A model generated the notes under the pieces. The model had not been told where the DNA came from and searched no databases. It worked only from the letters and a program-made list of their open reading frames with translations. This document shows positions 58,508-64,000 of a stretch of DNA of 64,000 bases, piece by piece. The stretch is from Acholeplasmataceae bacterium (GTDB taxonomy: Bacteria; Bacillota_I; Bacilli_A; Acholeplasmatales; Acholeplasmataceae). Location of the stretch: NCBI GenBank assembly GCA_041654835.1, contig JBAZCQ010000002.1, forward strand, positions 74,476 through 138,475, in the 5' to 3' direction. Position 1 is the stretch's first letter. The number at the start of each line of letters is the position of its first letter. A program made the translations under genes and the position numbers.

Positions 58508-58516
58508 ATGGGCTCC

Positions 58517-61135
58517 TTAATCTAAATCGTACCAAGTGTTGCCTGTCGAACTAGAAGCTTTTAATTCAACTTCGAGTTGAACGGCATTTTTCATAACAAC
58601 AGGCACCATTTTCTCCATTAATTTAAGTTCATGCATTGGAACTTCTAAAATTAGTTCGTCATGGACTTGGAGTAAAATTTTGGCATCTAATTTTTCTTTT
58701 TTAATTTGTGCAGCCAAATCAATCATGGCTTTTTTCAAAACATCTGCTGCACTACCTTGGATTGGTGCATTTAATGCTGTTCGCTCACCAAAAGCACGTT
58801 GCGCAAAAACAGGTGATTTAAGCTCAGGAATGTATCGTCTTCGGTTCATAATGGTTTTAACATAACCATTGTCTTTCGCAAACTTAACGATATCAGTCAT
58901 ATATTGTTTAATTTCTGGATAAAGTGTTAAATACTGATCAATAAATGCTTGAGCTTCAGTTGGTGAAACATCAATATCTTCTGCTAAAGACCAAGAGCCA
59001 ATTCCGTAAATAATCCCAAAATTAACCGCTTTAGCAGCTCTTCTTTGATCGGGAGTCACTTCATTCACTTTAAAGATTTCTTGAGCTGTTGATGTGTGAA
59101 TGTCTTTGTCTTCTTTAAATGCGTTAATGAGTCGTTCTACGTTTGCCATTGAGGCGAGTACACGAAGTTCGATTTGTGAGTAGTCAGCTCCAACAAACTG
59201 CTTTCCTTCATGTGCAATAAACAGTTTTCTAATTTGTCGACCTTCTTCAGTGCGAACAGGAATGTTTTGTAAGTTTGGTTCAAGTGAAGAAAGACGGCCT
59301 GTCGTTGTCAGTGCTTGGGTATAAATGGTATGAATTTTCCCGTCTGGGAAAATATTTTGTTCTAAACCAATGATATATGTTGAGTATAGTTTGGTCAGTT
59401 GACGATAATCTAAAACCTTCGCAATAATAGGATGTTTGTCGATGAGTTTATTTAAAACATCGACATTGGTTGAATAACCAGTCTTTGTCTTTTTACCATA
59501 CGGTAGTTCTAGTTTTGTAAAAAGGATGTCGCCTAATTGTTTGGGGCTTGCGACGTTAAATGGTTCGCCAGCTAGCGCAATAATATCTGCTTCGAGTTTT
59601 TGAATGCGTGCGTTTAAGTCGTATTTTTGTTTTTTAAGTTCTTCTTGATCGACTAAAATCCCTTGCCATTCCATCTCTGCTAAAACATAGGAAAGTGGAA
59701 GTTCAATATCAGTTAAAAGTGATAATTGGTCTTGTTCATCTAATACAGACAATATTTCCTCTTTTAATAAAAATGTTGCTTTCGCTTTCGAGACAATGTG
59801 TTTTTCATAAATTTCTGGTTCAGGTAGTCCTTTTTTCGCACCTTTACCATAGATGAGTTCATCATACTGCACATCTTCATATTGGAAATTTGCGGCAATT
59901 CGTTTAAATTCTTCTTTACCTAAATGTGAATCTGCTAAATAGGCTGCAAGCAATAAGTCAAAAGTGACATGAGTGATCGAGTGTTCATGCCACAAAAGAA
60001 AAACTTGCATAGCCTTTAAATCATAGACATATTTTTCATAGTTATCATTTTTTAAATACGTATGAAATGCGGTTGAATTCATCGCGAGTTCAGGTGTTAA
60101 ATACACGTGTCGTTTACCATTTGATAAACCGATGCCCCAAAGATCTGCACGATGGTAGTTTGCGTCACTAAATTCAAAATGAATTGCAAGGGTTTCGTTT
60201 AAAAAAGATGATATGTCTGCTTCATCAGTTAGTTTTTCATAAATCCAATCTGTCGTACTTGGCTGATTGTTTTCCATTTTTCTAACAAAAGCATGTAAAT
60301 CTAATTCTTGGAAAAAGCGAATAAGATCATCGGTTTGGACCGGTGTTTTAGCGATATTATCAGGATGAAATTCGATGTTTGAATCGATTAGAATCGTGAC
60401 TAAATCCAAACTTAAACGCGCGAGTTCTTCATGTTCACGGATATTTTCACCTAACTTACCCTTTATTTCATTCTTATGAACAAAAACTTGTTCTAAAGAA
60501 CCATAGGTTTGTAGAAGTTTAATTGCCGTTTTTTCACCTACGCCAGGAATTCCAGGAATATTGTCCGATGGATCGCCCATCAACGCTTTTAGATCAATCA
60601 ATTGGGTGTGATCCAAACCATACGTTTCTTGAATCATTTCGGGAGTAAAATGATGGACATCTTGCATGCCTTTTTTTAAAAGGTGAACCGTAATATGTTC
60701 ATCAACGAGTTGCAATAAGTCGCGGTCACTTGAGAAAATGTCGACTTGATATCCTTTTTCACTTGCTTCTTTCGCAACGGTACCAATAATATCGTCTGCT
60801 TCATAACCACCTTTTGAATAGGTCTTAACTCCATTTAATTCGAGATATTCATGGATTAAAGGGATTTGTTGAGCCAATTCTTCCGGCATCTTTGCTCGTC
60901 CTGCTTTGTATTCTTTGTAAGCCAAGTGTCTTTTTGTTGGTTCAGATGTATCAAAAGCAACTAAAACATGTTCAGTTTCTTCCGTGACAATTTTTTCAAA
61001 CATCCCAACAAATGCGAAAACGGCGTTGGTATAAACACCTTTTGCTGACTGCATCAGTTTGGCGCCTGGATAAGCGGTTGCGTAATAAGCTCTAAATAAG
61101 ATTGAGTTTCCATCAATTAGCGTAATTTTTTTCAT
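58517..61135 (-). CDS. polA: DNA polymerase I
   Basis: 872 aa from the ATG at 61135 (MKKITLIDGNSILFRAYYA, 5'-nuclease domain), with AGAGGA RBS. Polymerase motifs RRAAKAVNFGIIYG and QVHDELILE are present. The upstream 18 codons of the track ORF have no RBS. Confidence 0.96.
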   Translation of the reverse strand: MKKITLIDGNSILFRAYYATAYPGAKLMQSAKGVYTNAVFAFVGMFEKIVTEETEHVLVAFDTSEPTKRHLAYKEYKAGRAKMPEELAQQIPLIHEYLELNGVKTYSKGGYEADDIIGTVAKEASEKGYQVDIFSSDRDLLQLVDEHITVHLLKKGMQDVHHFTPEMIQETYGLDHTQLIDLKALMGDPSDNIPGIPGVGEKTAIKLLQTYGSLEQVFVHKNEIKGKLGENIREHEELARLSLDLVTILIDSNIEFHPDNIAKTPVQTDDLIRFFQELDLHAFVRKMENNQPSTTDWIYEKLTDEADISSFLNETLAIHFEFSDANYHRADLWGIGLSNGKRHVYLTPELAMNSTAFHTYLKNDNYEKYVYDLKAMQVFLLWHEHSITHVTFDLLLAAYLADSHLGKEEFKRIAANFQYEDVQYDELIYGKGAKKGLPEPEIYEKHIVSKAKATFLLKEEILSVLDEQDQLSLLTDIELPLSYVLAEMEWQGILVDQEELKKQKYDLNARIQKLEADIIALAGEPFNVASPKQLGDILFTKLELPYGKKTKTGYSTNVDVLNKLIDKHPIIAKVLDYRQLTKLYSTYIIGLEQNIFPDGKIHTIYTQALTTTGRLSSLEPNLQNIPVRTEEGRQIRKLFIAHEGKQFVGADYSQIELRVLASMANVERLINAFKEDKDIHTSTAQEIFKVNEVTPDQRRAAKAVNFGIIYGIGSWSLAEDIDVSPTEAQAFIDQYLTLYPEIKQYMTDIVKFAKDNGYVKTIMNRRRYIPELKSPVFAQRAFGERTALNAPIQGSAADVLKKAMIDLAAQIKKEKLDAKILLQVHDELILEVPMHELKLMEKMVPVVMKNAVQLEVELKASSSTGNTWYDLD

Positions 61136-61205
61136 CTTTTTTCCTCTTTTCCTTATTTTAACATGCGAAGGGCAAATACTTTCCCACAATATTTGTGGAT
61201 AAAAA

Positions 61206-61234
61206 AAGGGTCAGCGAATGCGAAATTGACCCTT
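61206..61234 (-). terminator. Intrinsic terminator overlapping the ffh stop
   Basis: AAGGGTCA ... TGACCCTT forms an 8-bp stem, with a U-run of 7 after it on the minus strand. Confidence 0.7.
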
Positions 61235-62617
61235 TCCTTTACCTTTACCCTTCTTTTGTTTCTGATTTTGTAAAACAGATTGAGGATTTTTTTGTAAGTT
61301 TTCGATGCCTTGTTCATCCATATTCGCCATTTTCTTCATCATCTGTTTTTGTGTGTCTAGTGCTTGCCTTAAACGGTTCACATCTTGAACTTTAAGACCT
61401 GAACCTGATGCAATCCGCGACCGTCTTCGAGAACTTTGATCGACAAGGTGTGGGTTTCTTCGTTCCTCTTCAGTCATCGAGTGAATGATAACACTCATTT
61501 TTTCAAATTCTTTATCATCAACATTTTGAGCTGCCTCCCGAATTTTTCCCATCCCAGGAATAAATCCAAGAATTTTACTCATTGAGCCCATGCGTTTAAG
61601 CATGCGAAATTGTTTCATCATGTCGTTATAGTTAAAGGAGTCACTCATTAATTTTTCCATGAGTGAAGCGGCTTCATCTTCATCGATGGCATCAGTTGCT
61701 TTTTCAATTAAGGTCAGAACATCACCCATACCTAAAATTCGAGATGCCATCCGTTCTGGATGAAAGACCTCAAAGGCATCCATCTTTTCCCCTGTCGAGG
61801 AAAACTTAATTGGAATACCGGAAACTTCTTTAATTGATAAGGCCGCACCACCACGTGTGTCGCCATCCATCTTCGTTAAAATAGCTCCAGTCGCTTCTAA
61901 TTGGTCATGAAAACTTTTTGCAATGTTTGCCGCATCTTGGCCAGTCATGGCATCAACAGTTAATAGAATTTCGCTTGGTTTAGCAATTTCTTTAATATCT
62001 ATCAGCTCTTGCATCATTGCTTCATCGATATGTAAGCGGCCCGCTGTATCGATAATTACAACATCATAGCGATGCTCTTTCGCGTATTCTAATCCTTTTT
62101 TTACAATCGATCGAGCATCTTTTAAGCCTTCTTCATAAACTTCTATGCCGATTTGTTTACCAATGGTTTGGAGTTGTTCAATCGCGGCAGGTCGGTAGAC
62201 GTCTGCAGCAATGAATAACACTTTTTTCTTATCGTTTTTACGGATATGAACACCGAGTTTACCAATCGCAGTTGTCTTTCCTGAACCTTGGAGACCAATG
62301 GTCATAATCGTCGTTAAACCTGATAAAGAAAAGCGAATCCCCTCAGCCTCTTCTCCCATCACGCGTTTCAGTTCATCGTGAACAACTTTAACAACTTGTT
62401 GACCAGGGTTTAACCCTTTTAAGATCTTTTCACCAATCGATTGTTCTTTCACACGATTGACAAAATTACGAACAACACGAATGTTAACGTCAGCTTCTAA
62501 TAAGGAAAGACGGACTTCACGCATCATTTCATCGATATCATTTTCATTGAGTTTACCGCGTCCTGTAATACGACGCATAGCCATTTGGAGACGTGATGAT
62601 AATGTGTTTTCGCTCAT
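61211..62617 (-). CDS. ffh: Signal recognition particle protein
   Basis: 468 aa. The NG domain has GLQGSGKTT and DTAGR. A Met-rich M domain and a basic GKGKGKG tail follow. Confidence 0.97.
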   Translation of the reverse strand: MSENTLSSRLQMAMRRITGRGKLNENDIDEMMREVRLSLLEADVNIRVVRNFVNRVKEQSIGEKILKGLNPGQQVVKVVHDELKRVMGEEAEGIRFSLSGLTTIMTIGLQGSGKTTAIGKLGVHIRKNDKKKVLFIAADVYRPAAIEQLQTIGKQIGIEVYEEGLKDARSIVKKGLEYAKEHRYDVVIIDTAGRLHIDEAMMQELIDIKEIAKPSEILLTVDAMTGQDAANIAKSFHDQLEATGAILTKMDGDTRGGAALSIKEVSGIPIKFSSTGEKMDAFEVFHPERMASRILGMGDVLTLIEKATDAIDEDEAASLMEKLMSDSFNYNDMMKQFRMLKRMGSMSKILGFIPGMGKIREAAQNVDDKEFEKMSVIIHSMTEEERRNPHLVDQSSRRRSRIASGSGLKVQDVNRLRQALDTQKQMMKKMANMDEQGIENLQKNPQSVLQNQKQKKGKGKGKGQFRIR

Positions 62618-62931
62618 AAGTCTTCTCCTTCTTTTAAGATTGTTAGTGCTTCTTTGTATGCGCCTTTTTCTAACGCATCGATCGCTTTTTGTCGTCGCTC
62701 ATTGTCGGTCAGTAAATGCAGTTTTGCCTCATAGTTTAATAAATGTGATTCAACTTTTTTTAATTGGTCAAAAATTGCATTACGGCTGACATTAAAAATT
62801 TCCGATATTTCTTGAAGAGAATAATCTTGGTGGTGATAATAACGAAAATACTCCGCTTGCCTATCGGTTAAAAGCGGTGCATACAAATCAAAAAGTCGAT
62901 TTAAATGTTCTTTTTTCGCTAATGGTTCCAC
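62614..62931 (-). CDS. ylxM: YlxM/UPF0122 putative DNA-binding protein
   Basis: 105 aa. It has a sigma-70 region-4-like HTH (YSLQEISEIFNVSRNAIFDQ). It sits in the conserved position between ftsY and ffh and overlaps ffh by 4 nt. Confidence 0.88.
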   Translation of the reverse strand: MEPLAKKEHLNRLFDLYAPLLTDRQAEYFRYYHHQDYSLQEISEIFNVSRNAIFDQLKKVESHLLNYEAKLHLLTDNERRQKAIDALEKGAYKEALTILKEGEDL

Positions 62932-62943
62932 ACTTTATTCCCC

Positions 62944-63900
62944 CTAAAAGAAATCTCTAAATAAACCATAAATATATTGTTCTATATCAAAGTAGACCAA
63001 ATCATCAATTTTTTCACCTAAACCGACATATTTTATCGGCAAATCGTATAGATGACGAATTGCTAAGACGATGCCGCCTTTAGCAGTTCCATCTAGTTTC
63101 GTTAAAATGATGCCGCTAACGTCTGTTGCTTCTTTAAAAACTTCTGCTTGCCGCATGCCATTTTGACCCGTGGTTGCATCAATCACAAGCAAAGTTTCTT
63201 GGGGTTGGTTAGGTAGTGTTTTTTGAATCACCCGTTTCATCTTCTCGAGTTCTTTCATTAAATTCACTTTCGTTTGTAAACGTCCAGCAGTGTCACATAA
63301 TAAAACATCATACTGTTCTTTTTTTGCAAGTTGAATGGCATCATAAATCACACTCGACGGGTCTGTGCCTGTTGGCTTCGTAAAAACAAAGGTTCCACTT
63401 CTTTCGCCCCAGATGACCAGTTGATCAATGGCCCCTGCCCGAAATGTATCTGCTGCAACCAGCATCACTTTTTTACCTTCACTTTGTAGTTGTTTTGCTA
63501 ATTTTCCAATCGAAGTTGTTTTGCCAACACCATTGACACCTACAAATAAATAAACGTTGACTTCATTTTCAAGATATTTCAGATCCGTTATTAAAAATTC
63601 ACCTTTTAAATACAACTCAAACATCTTGTCAACGATGATTTCTGCTAAAGCATTTGGATCATCAATTTTTTGGTTTTGAACTTCATCGCGAAGTGACTGC
63701 ACAAAATGAATAACAGTGTCAACGCCAATGTCTGCTTGTATAAATAAATCCTCTAAAGCATCGAACAAATCATCGTCAATTTGTTTTGATTGACTTAAAA
63801 TTTGTTTTAAGTTACCAAGGTTTTCTTTTGTTTTATGAAGCCCTAAAGCGTATTTTTCATTTTTCGGTTTTCTACCAAATAATTTGCGAAATAATCCCAT
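62944..63900 (-). CDS. ftsY: Signal recognition particle receptor
   Basis: GVNGVGKTTSIGKL, DTAGR and TKLDG motifs are present. GAGGGA lies upstream of the ATG at 63900. The track start at 63912 overlaps that SD. Confidence 0.95.
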   Translation of the reverse strand: MGLFRKLFGRKPKNEKYALGLHKTKENLGNLKQILSQSKQIDDDLFDALEDLFIQADIGVDTVIHFVQSLRDEVQNQKIDDPNALAEIIVDKMFELYLKGEFLITDLKYLENEVNVYLFVGVNGVGKTTSIGKLAKQLQSEGKKVMLVAADTFRAGAIDQLVIWGERSGTFVFTKPTGTDPSSVIYDAIQLAKKEQYDVLLCDTAGRLQTKVNLMKELEKMKRVIQKTLPNQPQETLLVIDATTGQNGMRQAEVFKEATDVSGIILTKLDGTAKGGIVLAIRHLYDLPIKYVGLGEKIDDLVYFDIEQYIYGLFRDFF

Positions 63901-63927
63901 ACGTTCCCTCATTTATAATCCGAAGTA

Positions 63928-63936
63928 ATTATACCA
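63928..63936 (-). promoter_or_regulatory. Extended -10 element (TGgTATAAT) upstream of ftsY
   Basis: The minus strand reads TGGTATAAT 27 nt upstream of the ftsY ATG. Confidence 0.45.
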
Positions 63937-63949
63937 TAACGAAAAGAAA

Positions 63950-63970
63950 ACCGAAAGTTAAGCTTTCGGT
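63950..63970 (-). terminator. Intrinsic terminator of the gene upstream of ftsY (that gene lies outside the window)
   Basis: ACCGAAAG-ttaag-CTTTCGGT forms a perfect 8-bp stem, with U-rich sequence after it on the minus strand. Confidence 0.65.
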
Positions 63971-64000
63971 AAGTTTCTCATAAAGTTTAAGAGTTGGTCA

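Noticed and set aside
61136-61189. N-terminal extensions in track ORFs: polA to 61189, acpP to 13978, the mnmM-like gene from 10569, ftsY to 63912, the VOR beta gene to 29109, and the dehydrogenase gene to 31485.
   Set aside because: In each case an internal ATG is preceded by a well-spaced SD and matches the family N-terminus. The longer forms overlap upstream genes or overlap the SD itself.
1-64000. Considered Mollicutes genetic code 4 (TGA = Trp) because of the low GC and compact genes.
   Set aside because: Long conserved genes are intact under code 11, Trp positions use TGG, and several genes terminate at TGA (2327-2329, 37545-37547, 47852-47854).
1-64000. Scanned by eye for rRNA and tRNA genes, CRISPR arrays, IS elements, transposases, integrases and prophage genes.
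   Set aside because: I recognised none. Intergenic regions are short and explained by promoters, T-box leaders and terminators. A tRNAscan, Infernal or CRISPR finder run would be needed to exclude small RNAs formally.

Overview
Low-GC Bacillota-type chromosomal segment read with the standard bacterial code: TGA is used as a stop (pheS, the NYN gene, the ABC exporter) and Trp is TGG. I support about 58 protein genes, two T-box leaders, several promoters and about a dozen intrinsic terminators. Most genes are on the minus strand and are housekeeping: pheST (T-box), polC, leuS, acpP, a glgP-pulA-glgB-malQ alpha-glucan operon, a leucine dehydrogenase plus four-subunit 2-oxoacid:ferredoxin oxidoreductase operon, crr-ptsI, thrS (T-box), dnaB-dnaI, coaE, mutM, polA and ftsY-ylxM-ffh. 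An accessory-looking stretch at about 31.5-42.5 kb carries a CAT-like acetyltransferase, two esterases, msrB, a PLC-like protein, a CDGSH protein, an SDR, NYN-LOTUS plus a DUF3137-like protein, an ABC-2 transporter, and tandem-PII plus DUF1538. The stand-out is a visibly more AT-rich insert of about 4.7 kb (45.9-50.6 kb) between ptsI and an ABC-2/thrS block. It reads: near-consensus promoter, ABC exporter, radical-SAM/SPASM enzyme with an N-terminal RRE-like extension, a 24-codon ORF absent from the ORF track (49109-49183, MKKAIVTPNGWCFGIGPFWIGKIT), a hairpin, and an ArsR-type regulator with a long N-terminal domain. I interpret this as an uncharacterised radical-SAM RiPP or peptide-signal cassette. 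The chemistry and novelty cannot be established without database searches and experiments. I recognised no rRNA, tRNA, CRISPR array, transposase or integrase. All family calls rest on motif recognition by eye, not on searches.
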